Shown in pieces: positions 1 to 9,813 of a stretch of DNA of 64,000 nt. The notes below the pieces were generated by a model. The model did no database searches. It had not been told where the DNA came from and saw only the letters and a list, made by a program, of their open reading frames with translations. Numbering within the stretch: position 1 is the stretch's first letter; each line of letters begins with the position of its first letter. The position numbers and the translations under genes are program-made. Source of the stretch: an uncultured virus (IMG/VR IMGVR_UViG_3300021389_002231) (lineage: Duplodnaviria > Heunggongvirae > Uroviricota > Caudoviricetes); IMG/VR virus record IMGVR_UViG_3300021389_002231, one strand, 5' to 3'.

Positions 1-987
1 GTAACAGGAGCAGGTGGGTATATAGGCTCACAAACATGTAAATTTCTAAGTGACAATGGACATAAAGTGGTAGGAGTTGATAGAAATAATCTTCGCCATA
101 ACTATTGCGTTGATAGTCATATAGGAAACTATGCAGATTTTGAAGTGCAACAGTTACTATTAGACGTTGATAGCGTTGTTCATATTGGTGCAACTAGTTT
201 AGTAGGACCTAGTGTTTTAGACCCTAGCAAATACTATAATAATAATGTTGTAGGCACACTAAAACTCTTAGACGCATGTAAAAATCAAGGTGTAAAGAGT
301 TTTGTGTTTGCCAGTAGTGCTGCAACTTATGGAGAACCAGAAGGCGGTGTGTGTTTAGAAACAGAACAACACACTCCTATGAATCCATATGGTTGGAGTA
401 AGCGTATGACAGAGATCATGTTAAGTGATTACGCTACTGCATACGGAATGAATAGTGTTAGTTTGCGTTTCTTTAATGTTGCTGGTGCAGATACATTAAT
501 GGAAATGGGACAAGAAAAAGACGCTACACATATCATTGCTAAACTTATAGAAATGACTATGGAAGGCAAAGACTTCACACTAAACGGTGGAGACTTTGAT
601 ACACCAGACGGAACATGTGTACGTGATTATGTTCATGTAGAAGATGTTGCTAGTGGAATACACAAAGCAATTGAATATACAAAAACAAATGAAGGTGCAT
701 ATCGTTTTAACTTAGGCAACAAAGAAGGTTACAGTAATATGCAAATAGTAGAAGCAGTGAGACGTAACACTCCACTAGAACCTAATGTTACAATTGGACC
801 AGCAAGGGATGGCGATCCTGCTACACTAGTGGCAAACACTATGTTAGCAAACGTAGAATTAAATTGGACACCAAAATATGATCTTGACACTATTGTTAAG
901 ACCGCATATAATTGGTATAGAAAAAAACAAAATGACATCCACGTCATAAACTCGGAGAAGAAAAATGAGCAAGTCGAAACAAATTAG
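1..987 (+). CDS. galE: UDP-glucose 4-epimerase (5'-truncated by window edge)
   Basis: Frame open from base 1 (VTGAGGYIG NAD motif); SSAATYG, YGWSK (YxxxK), LRFFNVAG, DGTCVRDYVHV. Confidence 0.9.
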   Translation, partial: VTGAGGYIGSQTCKFLSDNGHKVVGVDRNNLRHNYCVDSHIGNYADFEVQQLLLDVDSVVHIGATSLVGPSVLDPSKYYNNNVVGTLKLLDACKNQGVKSFVFASSAATYGEPEGGVCLETEQHTPMNPYGWSKRMTEIMLSDYATAYGMNSVSLRFFNVAGADTLMEMGQEKDATHIIAKLIEMTMEGKDFTLNGGDFDTPDGTCVRDYVHVEDVASGIHKAIEYTKTNEGAYRFNLGNKEGYSNMQIVEAVRRNTPLEPNVTIGPARDGDPATLVANTMLANVELNWTPKYDLDTIVKTAYNWYRKKQNDIHVINSEKKNEQVETN

Positions 988-1663
988 AAACAAATTAGAA
1001 GAAGCAGGAATTAGATATTGGGCAGGTGATAACATCAGCGAAGTATTACAAAATGGAGATAAAGCAGAATTGATAGATGAGGCAGCACTTGCCTTTGAAA
1101 CAGTATTAGATACATTAGTTATTGATAGAAAAACAGATCCTAACAGTATGGATACTGCAAGACGTTTAGCAAAAATGTATTACAATGAATTAATGGTAGG
1201 TAGATATGAGGCTCCACCACCTGCAACAGCATTTCCAAACGAACCAGATAATGTAACTAACGAAAAATATGATGGTATGTTAGTTGTACGCAGTGAACTT
1301 AAAAGTGTTTGCTCTCACCATCATCAGCCAGTAACTGGTGTAGCATACATTGGTATTATTGCCGCTGATACACTAATTGGCTTATCTAAATATACACGTA
1401 TCGCACAATGGTGTGCAAGGCGTGGCACACTACAAGAAGAACTTGCAATGGATATTTCACGTGAGATTATGAAAGTAACCAAGTCAGATGATGTAGGAGT
1501 TTACATTCAAGCAACACATGGTTGTTGTGAGAATAGAGGTATTATGGCAACTAGTAGTTTAACACAAACTACAGTTCTTAAAGGTGCATTCAAAAGCGAT
1601 CCTGCAACTAAAGAAGAGTTCATGGATAACATTAAATTACAATCAGATTTCGCAGCTAAGTAG
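965..1663 (+). CDS. folE: GTP cyclohydrolase I
   Basis: SVCSHHHQP, GLSKYTR, LQEEL and HGCCENRG motifs. Confidence 0.95.
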   Translation: MSKSKQIRNKLEEAGIRYWAGDNISEVLQNGDKAELIDEAALAFETVLDTLVIDRKTDPNSMDTARRLAKMYYNELMVGRYEAPPPATAFPNEPDNVTNEKYDGMLVVRSELKSVCSHHHQPVTGVAYIGIIAADTLIGLSKYTRIAQWCARRGTLQEELAMDISREIMKVTKSDDVGVYIQATHGCCENRGIMATSSLTQTTVLKGAFKSDPATKEEFMDNIKLQSDFAAK

Positions 1664-1673
1664 GAGATTACAA

Positions 1674-2192
1674 ATGGTTAACAAAGTACACTATACGTGG
1701 AAAGATATCGAGCATATGATAGATACTATTAATAATCTTATGTTTGCAGACAATTGGCGCCCAGATTATATTGTTGGAATGACACGTGGTGGCCTTGTGC
1801 CAGCAGTAATGATGTCAAACAAAACAGGTATTATGATGCATGCACTAGATGTAAGATTTAGAGACACAGATAATAATTACAGTGGTCCAGAATCCAATAC
1901 ATGGATGGCCGAAGATGCATTAGCCAAAGGCAAGAAGATTTTAATTATTGATGATATAAATGACACTGGCAAAACACTTAGTTGGATCAGAAATGACTGG
2001 CAAGCAAGTATGGGTGGAGCCTCGTATGATGTTAGTGCATGGGGCGATACTGTTCGTACTGCCTGCTTAATAGACAATCAAGCAAGTGGCTTTGATGGAA
2101 TGGACTATACTGCATTAGAAATTAATAAAATGGAAAATGATGTATGGGTAGTGTTTCCATGGGAAGGCGAACGTGATTATGGTAGCACATAA
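1674..2192 (+). CDS. Type I phosphoribosyltransferase (Gpt/Hpt-like)
   Basis: RGGLVPA, PRPP loop ILIIDDINDTGKT, WVVFPWE; AGGAG SD at 1662 favours ATG 1674. Confidence 0.85.
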   Translation: MVNKVHYTWKDIEHMIDTINNLMFADNWRPDYIVGMTRGGLVPAVMMSNKTGIMMHALDVRFRDTDNNYSGPESNTWMAEDALAKGKKILIIDDINDTGKTLSWIRNDWQASMGGASYDVSAWGDTVRTACLIDNQASGFDGMDYTALEINKMENDVWVVFPWEGERDYGST

Positions 2193-3357
2193 TCATAACA
2201 TATCTAAGATATTAAATACTCCTGATTTCTTATTACCTTGGGAACATAAAATAATACGGAATGCATTTGACAAAGAAACAGTTGATTCTTTATTAGAAGT
2301 ACTTCATACAGTAGATTGGAATAATGTTTCAAAAGATCGTTTTGCAGAAGGAATCCAAGCAAAATTTATATCACAGGATTTTGTTGAACTATTGCCACCT
2401 TCACTTGCTAAAGATGTATTACAAGAATTAAACGGATGGGCAACACATGAATTATTACTTCAGCATTACAACATAGATTATAGCACTGGGTATGAAGCTA
2501 GTCTTGTATTTGATTGGTGCCAACCAAACGGATCTAATGATAAACATAACGATACAGGTCCACGTAAAGATACATTAACATTACAATATTATTTACAAAT
2601 TGATGATGAAACACGAACATTGCATTTAGATGACTTTGATACTCGTGCAACTTCAGGTGATGCAGTTATATTTAAAAGCACACCACAAGCAATGCATAGT
2701 TTCAAAGCAGGCAAAGGAAATAGATTTAGTCTACGTTTACGTATAGGAACTAACATACTGAACCCAAAAATTATACAAAATAAAAGTAATAGCAAAGTTG
2801 GAGTGTTAATTGATTGTAAAGACATGGAAAGTAATAGCTTACATGAACTATTAGAAGTTAACTTAGGCGCAGTAACTTATAGAAATTTAATTCAAAATGG
2901 ATTTACTAATATAGTAACTTTTAGAGAACGTGAAGATTATGAATCAGCAAGAGATTTATTAAAAGAACACGGAGTAGAAAGAATACTAATGGTATTTGCA
3001 GGTGCAACTGTTGACGAAACAACACTAGCTCGAGTATATGCAGCAGAGCATATAACTGCACCAATTGATAATGATGAAGTACTGAGACAATTTGTAGTGT
3101 TTGATACTAGCGACAGTGACTTTGATATTGTTGGAGATTACTTAGGTAATGTTAAAGATAAAATAACACACGCTGATATGATGGATTTAGGTATTGCATT
3201 GTTACATCCAGATGATGAAAGTATAGACTTTCTTGGAGAGATAAGTGAATACATGATACCAAGTACAGCTCTAGAACATAAATTAAGTGAATACGATAAA
3301 GAACTGGCAGGAATAATTAAGCAAAGAGTAGGAAAAATACAATATGACGAAGTTTAA
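2179..3357 (+). CDS. Putative Fe(II)/2OG oxygenase domain fused to an unknown C-terminal domain
   Basis: HND...MHS...RFSL pattern (HxD..H..R) in the N-terminal half. Confidence 0.5.
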   Translation: MVAHNHNISKILNTPDFLLPWEHKIIRNAFDKETVDSLLEVLHTVDWNNVSKDRFAEGIQAKFISQDFVELLPPSLAKDVLQELNGWATHELLLQHYNIDYSTGYEASLVFDWCQPNGSNDKHNDTGPRKDTLTLQYYLQIDDETRTLHLDDFDTRATSGDAVIFKSTPQAMHSFKAGKGNRFSLRLRIGTNILNPKIIQNKSNSKVGVLIDCKDMESNSLHELLEVNLGAVTYRNLIQNGFTNIVTFREREDYESARDLLKEHGVERILMVFAGATVDETTLARVYAAEHITAPIDNDEVLRQFVVFDTSDSDFDIVGDYLGNVKDKITHADMMDLGIALLHPDDESIDFLGEISEYMIPSTALEHKLSEYDKELAGIIKQRVGKIQYDEV

Positions 3358-3613
3358 AACAGGTGGAACTTTTAGTGTAAAACAATCATACACTGATGAA
3401 CAACTTACTGCATATACAATAGGAAGTGGCAATGTAACTCTAGCAGAGCCTATGCCTATAATTGATCCATACGAAGAAAAAATAAAAGATGCACATTTTA
3501 AAATTGAAATACTAACAGAACTACTTGAAGAGATGGGAGTAGATGTTAGCAAACGAATAGAAGAAAAACTATTTCTAAATAAACTTTCAGGAGAAGACAA
3601 TGGCAAAGTATGA
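3344..3613 (+). CDS. Hypothetical protein
   Basis: Coupled ORF with SD. Confidence 0.65.
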   Translation: MTKFKTGGTFSVKQSYTDEQLTAYTIGSGNVTLAEPMPIIDPYEEKIKDAHFKIEILTELLEEMGVDVSKRIEEKLFLNKLSGEDNGKV

Positions 3614-4172
3614 AGTAGAATTATACGGCTATGGTGGTGAGTTTGTATTAGGCACACTAACAAAAGAGCAGTATGATTTTTGGATAGAAAACGAAGGTGA
3701 TGGACTAGACAGTCACGTATTTTGGGATCCATATGATGACGCTGATGGAGATAATCCTATTACTGATGAGGAAGACCCACGTTTCTTGGGTTACTGGCAC
3801 GACTTAGATGATATAGAACATGTATGTGGTGCTGATGTAGATTCGTGTAGAGTTGTAGTAACATCATTAGACTCGGGTGAAGAAGTATATACATCAGATG
3901 ATGTTAATCTAGTACATACCACAGACCAGCTTGTAGAAGAACAAAAGCGTGGATATTATTGGACTGCATATGCATCAGAAAAAGGTCAGCATTTTTATGC
4001 AGAACTTGAGATAGATGGTGAGTTTGATCCAACTAAATTAACAGTAAATGCAACTAACTTAGATGGCGAACATATAATTGATGAAGTTATGTATAACGAA
4101 GAAACACTAGATAATGACGGTGGATCTACAGAAACTAAGAGTCAAAGCTACGAATTGCACGAAATTGTGTAA
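3600..4172 (+). CDS. Highly acidic hypothetical protein
   Basis: 190 aa D/E-rich ORF, AGGAG SD. Confidence 0.8.
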   Translation: MAKYEVELYGYGGEFVLGTLTKEQYDFWIENEGDGLDSHVFWDPYDDADGDNPITDEEDPRFLGYWHDLDDIEHVCGADVDSCRVVVTSLDSGEEVYTSDDVNLVHTTDQLVEEQKRGYYWTAYASEKGQHFYAELEIDGEFDPTKLTVNATNLDGEHIIDEVMYNEETLDNDGGSTETKSQSYELHEIV

Positions 4173-4200
4173 AAAACCATTAAAAACCAATGTTTCTTGG

Positions 4201-4229
4201 TTGACAAATGGTATATTTTATCATATAAT
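4201..4229 (+). promoter_or_regulatory. Sigma70-type early promoter
   Basis: TTGACA-17 nt-TATAAT upstream of AGGAG and ATG 4259. Confidence 0.9.
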
Positions 4230-4258
4230 GTACTTACATTAACAGTCAGGAGACTACT

Positions 4259-6946
4259 ATGAAGAAACTAATTGCAACCGCGTTAATGGGGTTATTCATT
4301 GCTCTAACGCCAATATCAGCATCTGCACAAACAAGTTATTTTGATGCAGCCTGGTTCCAAAAAATGGACCAAATGCGACAAATAAACTTTTCTAAATCAG
4401 TCGTAAGAAATTACACAAACATTACTAATAGATATTCGTTACTAATAAACAAATATTCTCGCTATAGTAACGCCAGTTGGTATAAACGTATTCAATCTCG
4501 ATATACTTGGCATATAGCAGAGATTGAAAAATATAATACTATTATTAATTCAGACATTGCACCTAAAGTTGTGCGTACTTATGTAGAAGAAGTACCTGGC
4601 ACAGTTGTTAATCGTGGCGAAACTATTACTACCACAAACAATAGTGTTGTTGAAGAACAAGATGGTAACACAATCAGAGAGTATGCAGTAATTACTGTTA
4701 CTAAAACTACACCTATTACAACTACGTATTTTACTAATTACAAAACTGTTAGTGTTTATGATAATGGTAAAGAAACATATCAAAACGATGTTAAAGTTGA
4801 TCGCAAAGAAACTGTAAATGCAATTGACACACAAGTTGATCGTGAGCTAATTAGAGAGTATGCTCTTGTTGTTCCAATTGAGGAAGAACCAGATGCGCCT
4901 ACTGTAATTGTATTCACAGAAGCAGAATATCTTGCTAGAGGCGATGTTGACTATACAGTAAGTGATAGTTATTACAATGCCGTGAAGAATATGAACAGTA
5001 ATATTAATGATTCATATATTGAAAGACTAGGTGGATACTTTGGTAATAACTTAGATAAAATTGGAGCACCAGCGGCATGGTCTAGAGGATATACAGGTGA
5101 AGATAGTGTAATTGCAATCTTTGATACTGGTATTGATACTGATCATAGTGAGTTTACAGATAGTATTCTCGACGCACAGTGTTTTACAAGTGCATGTGAA
5201 CGTGGGTTTGAAACTGTAGAAGATGGTAATAAGTATGGACACGGAACACACGTGGCAGGTATTGCCGCAGCTAACTTAGATGGTATTGGTACTACAGGTG
5301 TAGCCCCTGATGCTGATTTACTTATTGGTAAACTTGCATACGACAGTGGCTTCTTTCAATTTAACAGGATTCCTGACGCAATGGAATGGGCAGTTAATAA
5401 TGGTGCAGATGTTGTAAACATCAGTGCTGGTACACGAACAAGTAGTGCATACAGAAACAGTCTTACAGAAATTAGCAAAGGTGTTTATTATGCAGATATG
5501 ACGTTTGGTGATTATAACACTCTTGGTTATAACCAAATATTTTCTACAAATGGACATGGTACTGCAATGATCGAGTCAATGAAAGGACACGAAACTGTAA
5601 TGGTTCTTGCCGCTGGTAATGATAGACTTAAAGTAGCTAGTCAAGAATCACATATTGCTCTTGATTCAGAAATTGGTGATCGTGTGCTTATAGTTGGTAT
5701 GTATGATGAAAGAAGAAACGGCCTTAGTAAATGGAGTAATGCGGCAGGAACTATTTGTCGAGATCTAAATGATGATGGCACTTGTAATTCTGATGCACTT
5801 ATAAGCGATAGATATATTATGGCACCCGGTGTATATGTAGCGGCTCCTACTATTAATGGAGAATACACAACACTAACAGGTACATCAATGGCGGCTCCTC
5901 ATGTAGCAGGTGCAGTTGCAGTTGTACATCAAATGTGGCCACACATGACTGGTGCTAATCTTAGTAAACTTTTGCTTAATACTGCAAGTACAGATGGTAT
6001 TAATAATTACGATTCTAGTGTACATGGACAAGGTATGCTAGATTTAGATGAAGCAACACAACCACAAGGTGCAATGGGACTAGCAACTACAGGTAGAATC
6101 GATGGTGCTACAGTAGATATTGCTAACAGTGGTACTATTGCAATGAGTGGTAATGTAAACATTTCAGCATTAAATAGTGTAATGGCAGTTGATGAGTATG
6201 ATAGAGATTATTACTTTGATGCCAATGGCATGGTAAACACAATTGATACTCGTACTGCAAGTGCCACACTAGCAGGTCAATATGGTTTTGCTCCAGACTA
6301 TTACATTGGATATAATGGCGGTAGTATTATTCCTGTATCAAATGCAGGTACACACATTGCATTAAATGATACAAATGGTAATGTCAGTATTGTGCAACAA
6401 TGGGACAAGTTCAGTATGGGTCTTGTAAATGAAGCAGAAAGTTTCTTAGGTAACTATGCAAACAGTGAGCTTATGAAAATAGATGGTTCTAATACTGCAT
6501 ATGTAGGTTTTACAGATAGTATAGACTTTAATAACGGTATTAACATGTGGGGCAGTGCTACACTAGGAGCAACAAGACTTAATGTAGATAATAGCTCTAT
6601 GCTTAAGAGTGCAGACATTATGATGTCTAATAGTGCAACACTAGGCATTAAACAAACTGTAGACAATGAAACATTTGGATTTGTAGCAAGTTTGCCAGTT
6701 AGTATTACAGGTGGTAATGCAAACTTTAGTATTCCTACTAGTGTTAGTTCCACTGGAGATATTTCAAATACAAATATGAATAGTTCAATGGAAATGAACA
6801 ATAGAGAGTTAGACTTGGGGTTGTTTTATATAAATACATTAACAGAAACAACTTCATTTACTGCTAACATTGAGTTGCGAAATAACTATTCAGGTACTAG
6901 CGACAATCATGTAACAGCAGGACTAACTTACAAGGTAATGTTTTAA
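4259..6946 (+). CDS. Secreted S8 subtilisin-like protease with putative C-terminal beta-barrel
   Basis: Signal peptide (ASA-Q); FDTG, HGTHVAG, AAGN, GTSMAAPHVAG; amphipathic C-terminal strands ending in F. Confidence 0.9.
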   Translation: MKKLIATALMGLFIALTPISASAQTSYFDAAWFQKMDQMRQINFSKSVVRNYTNITNRYSLLINKYSRYSNASWYKRIQSRYTWHIAEIEKYNTIINSDIAPKVVRTYVEEVPGTVVNRGETITTTNNSVVEEQDGNTIREYAVITVTKTTPITTTYFTNYKTVSVYDNGKETYQNDVKVDRKETVNAIDTQVDRELIREYALVVPIEEEPDAPTVIVFTEAEYLARGDVDYTVSDSYYNAVKNMNSNINDSYIERLGGYFGNNLDKIGAPAAWSRGYTGEDSVIAIFDTGIDTDHSEFTDSILDAQCFTSACERGFETVEDGNKYGHGTHVAGIAAANLDGIGTTGVAPDADLLIGKLAYDSGFFQFNRIPDAMEWAVNNGADVVNISAGTRTSSAYRNSLTEISKGVYYADMTFGDYNTLGYNQIFSTNGHGTAMIESMKGHETVMVLAAGNDRLKVASQESHIALDSEIGDRVLIVGMYDERRNGLSKWSNAAGTICRDLNDDGTCNSDALISDRYIMAPGVYVAAPTINGEYTTLTGTSMAAPHVAGAVAVVHQMWPHMTGANLSKLLLNTASTDGINNYDSSVHGQGMLDLDEATQPQGAMGLATTGRIDGATVDIANSGTIAMSGNVNISALNSVMAVDEYDRDYYFDANGMVNTIDTRTASATLAGQYGFAPDYYIGYNGGSIIPVSNAGTHIALNDTNGNVSIVQQWDKFSMGLVNEAESFLGNYANSELMKIDGSNTAYVGFTDSIDFNNGINMWGSATLGATRLNVDNSSMLKSADIMMSNSATLGIKQTVDNETFGFVASLPVSITGGNANFSIPTSVSSTGDISNTNMNSSMEMNNRELDLGLFYINTLTETTSFTANIELRNNYSGTSDNHVTAGLTYKVMF

Positions 6947-7524
6947 TGCAAAAGCAATACAAGACTAAACGAGGCAAACTTGAGGTCATAGCAGGCCCCA
7001 TGTTTGCTGGTAAGAGCAGTGAGTTACTCAAACGACTGCTCTTTATTGAACACGGTGGACATAAGTGTCTTGTATTGAAACCAGTTATTGATGATAGATA
7101 CGATGCAAATCATATTATAACACATAACCAACTTAAACATTCTGCCGTTGCAGTAATTGACTTAGAACTAGTTAAAGACAACTATACAATAAAGTCATAT
7201 AACTTTCATACAGTTTTTATTGATGAGATACAATTCTTTGACATGAACGAAACTATGTGGTTTGTTGAAGAAGGATTACGCAACGGTGTAAACTTTGTAG
7301 TAGCAGGTTTAGATCAAGACAGTAGGGGCGTACCGTTTGAAACAACATCACGTATGCTTTCACTAGCAGATGAAGTACTTAAAATTAAAGCATTTTGTAC
7401 AATATGTGGAATGGATGCAGGAAAGACACAACGACTAAGAGCAACAGATCACTCTACTAGAGTAAAGGTTGGTGGCGCAGAATCTTATGAGCCACGTTGC
7501 CACGAACATTGGGAATCTAAGTAA
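6946..7524 (+). CDS. tdk: Thymidine kinase
   Basis: GPMFAGKS, IDEIQF, VAGLD, Zn-site C..C and RC..H. Confidence 0.95.
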   Translation: MQKQYKTKRGKLEVIAGPMFAGKSSELLKRLLFIEHGGHKCLVLKPVIDDRYDANHIITHNQLKHSAVAVIDLELVKDNYTIKSYNFHTVFIDEIQFFDMNETMWFVEEGLRNGVNFVVAGLDQDSRGVPFETTSRMLSLADEVLKIKAFCTICGMDAGKTQRLRATDHSTRVKVGGAESYEPRCHEHWESK

Positions 7525-7703
7525 TGAAAAAAGTAACGAATAGCAAATGGATTATAGAAGTACAAGAAAATGGTGAAACAAAAGAATTGTTTATAGAGTT
7601 TCCACCAGAGGCGCTTAGTCAAGTTGGTTGGGATACAGGTGATACTTTGATTTGGGAAGAACTAGATCATGGAGCCTGGAGGATTACCAAGGCCAAAGAT
7701 TAA
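7524..7703 (+). CDS. 59 aa AbrB/MazE-like small protein (not in ORF track)
   Basis: MKKVTNSKWIIEVQENGETKELFIEFPPEALSQVGWDTGDTLIWEE...; TAATG coupling at both ends. Confidence 0.7.
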   Translation: MKKVTNSKWIIEVQENGETKELFIEFPPEALSQVGWDTGDTLIWEELDHGAWRITKAKD

Positions 7704-8299
7704 TGATAAGAGAGTTACATCTAGAAATAACTAGAAGATGTTTATTACAATGTCCAAAGTGTCCACGAACATACACAAGTGGATATAAGATAAGTGATAT
7801 GAGTACAGAACATTTTGAAGAATTAGTAAAAGTATTAAAACCTAAAACATTAAATTTCTGTGGAAACTTAGGCGATCCAATATTTCATAAACAATTAGAT
7901 AAGTTTGTAAAGTTTGGTGCAGAACAAGGTTGTGACTTTTTTATGTCAACAGCAGGTGTAGGAAAAGATTTAAAATGGTGGGAATCATTTTATAATAGTT
8001 ATACAAAAGGCAAAATTTATTTTGGCTTAGATGGATTAGAAGATACTGCACATAGATACAGAGTAGGCACAGATTGGCATAATGTATTTGATGCTATGAA
8101 ATTAGGTGCAAGCATGGGTAAAAATGTTGTATGGCAATGGATACCTTTCAGTTTTAATGAACATCAAATAACACAAGCAAAACAACTAGCCAAGCAATAT
8201 AATATTACATTTGCATTAAGAATAAGCAGTAGATTTGATGGACCAAATGATCCATTAAGACCAACACTAAAGGAGTACCAGCTTGGATATAACTCCTAA
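7703..8299 (+). CDS. Radical SAM core domain without SPASM
   Basis: CLLQCPKC, GNLGDP, LDGL; ATG coupled to the upstream stop. Confidence 0.9.
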   Translation: MIRELHLEITRRCLLQCPKCPRTYTSGYKISDMSTEHFEELVKVLKPKTLNFCGNLGDPIFHKQLDKFVKFGAEQGCDFFMSTAGVGKDLKWWESFYNSYTKGKIYFGLDGLEDTAHRYRVGTDWHNVFDAMKLGASMGKNVVWQWIPFSFNEHQITQAKQLAKQYNITFALRISSRFDGPNDPLRPTLKEYQLGYNS

Positions 8300-8576
8300 A
8301 TGTAGATACGGAGATACATTATTTGTAACACCGTTTGGTACACTAAGACCTTGTTGTTGGGTACCAGAACAAATGTGTTGGAAAACATTTGATATTGACC
8401 CAAATTGGAATATGGATATGACACCAGTAAAAACAATAAAAGAAAAAACAGTTCTAGACTTTGCAAACAAAATGGAACAACAACCTATGGACATATGTAA
8501 AAGAATGTGTTCTTCTCCAAACGATACCTCATTGTTTAATGCTACACAAAAAATGGTTGTTGATGATGGAACATAA
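8283..8576 (+). CDS. Stand-alone SPASM/Twitch Fe-S domain
   Basis: PKC...GTLRPCCW...ICKRMC; AAGGAG SD before TTG. Confidence 0.75.
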   Translation: MDITPKCRYGDTLFVTPFGTLRPCCWVPEQMCWKTFDIDPNWNMDMTPVKTIKEKTVLDFANKMEQQPMDICKRMCSSPNDTSLFNATQKMVVDDGT

Positions 8577-8820
8577 CTCACAAGAAAGGTACTATGATTT
8601 TATGCTTAGACGCACACGAGAAGTTCGTGAGCAAGAATTTTACGAAGCATGTATGTACTTTTATATGGTTAAAGGACATTTAGATACAAACGATAATACA
8701 ATAACAGAATCAAAGGAACATTATTTTAAGCGTATATGGAGAGCAGGTTGCGATGGTGCACCAGTTGACGAATGGGTAGATGGATTTGAAGAAGCATATA
8801 AGAAGAGAATGAATAAATAA
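8563..8820 (+). CDS. Hypothetical protein
   Basis: Coupled ORF; start re-assigned to ATG 8563. Confidence 0.6.
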   Translation: MMEHNSQERYYDFMLRRTREVREQEFYEACMYFYMVKGHLDTNDNTITESKEHYFKRIWRAGCDGAPVDEWVDGFEEAYKKRMNK

Positions 8821-8826
8821 TACTAC

Positions 8827-9459
8827 ATGTTATTAACTAATCCACTAGAAATAGAACTCACAACAAAATGCACACTTGGTTGCCCTGCATGTCCGAGAAA
8901 TCACGAGTGGGACAAGCCCGGAGATTGGGATGTTGGACACATGAATACAGACCTTGCTAAAAGTTTCGCAAACGATCCAAAAGACCGTCAACATCTTTTT
9001 GTAGGATGTTATGGTGACCCAATATATCATCCAGACTTTATAGACATTGTACGATACTATGTGGATAGAAATAAAAGAATTATGATTCATACTAATGGTA
9101 GTTTTAAAAAACAGAAGTGGTGGAATGAATTAGCAAGTCTTAATTGGTCGAGAAGACAACACTTTGTTTTTAGTGTTGATGGATTAGAAGATACAAATCA
9201 CATATATAGAATTCGTGCAAATTGGGAATCTATTATGCGAGGTATGAAAGCAATGGGATCACTTCCATTAGAACGTAAGCCTAGACTAGAATGGAAAATG
9301 TTAGTGTTTCCATATAACAAACATCAAGTATCAGAAGCAAGACAGTTAGCAATGGATATTGGAATTGATCATTACTCACCAGTTAGAAGTGAGAGAAATA
9401 TTAATAATTATGAATGCGAAGATCCAGAAATATACAGGTGGCCAAATGATAAAGCCTAG
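8827..9459 (+). CDS. Radical SAM core domain without SPASM
   Basis: CTLGCPAC, GCYGDP, HTNGS, FSVDGLEDT. Confidence 0.9.
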   Translation: MLLTNPLEIELTTKCTLGCPACPRNHEWDKPGDWDVGHMNTDLAKSFANDPKDRQHLFVGCYGDPIYHPDFIDIVRYYVDRNKRIMIHTNGSFKKQKWWNELASLNWSRRQHFVFSVDGLEDTNHIYRIRANWESIMRGMKAMGSLPLERKPRLEWKMLVFPYNKHQVSEARQLAMDIGIDHYSPVRSERNINNYECEDPEIYRWPNDKA

Positions 9460-9808
9460 ATGTTTATTATATAATATGCCAATGTTTTTATCTGCTGATA
9501 ATAGATTAAAGCCTTGCTGTTTTCTAAACCCAACTAATCAATGGAATGAATTTATTACCTGGGGCAAAGAAAATGGCTATGATGTAGAATATGATCTAGA
9601 TGTAACAAAGCACGATATAGATACAATAGTAAAAAGTCCTACATGGCAAGCAGTAATTGATGGATTTAAAACAGGTAACACTCCACAAGAATGTCATAGA
9701 GCATGTGGACCTGGTAGTTATACTAGTACAACTAATACTGCCAAACACAGTGATTATAAAGAAGAAGAAGATGGTAGTGGATTATCTTCTCCTTATAGTG
9801 AGGAATAA
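9446..9808 (+). CDS. Stand-alone SPASM/Twitch Fe-S domain
   Basis: MIKPRC...LKPCCF...ECHRAC; AGGTG SD. Confidence 0.75.
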   Translation: MIKPRCLLYNMPMFLSADNRLKPCCFLNPTNQWNEFITWGKENGYDVEYDLDVTKHDIDTIVKSPTWQAVIDGFKTGNTPQECHRACGPGSYTSTTNTAKHSDYKEEEDGSGLSSPYSEE

Positions 9809-9813
9809 TATTA

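Noticed and set aside
3283..3732. Long antisense ORFs (also 17272-17712, 45807-46283, 54704-55150)
   Set aside because: Shadow frames of convincing sense genes, with no SD or motifs
8283..8299. Programmed frameshift or stop read-through joining radical SAM and SPASM ORFs
   Set aside because: Frame offsets differ between pairs, no slippery heptamer is seen and each downstream ORF has its own SD
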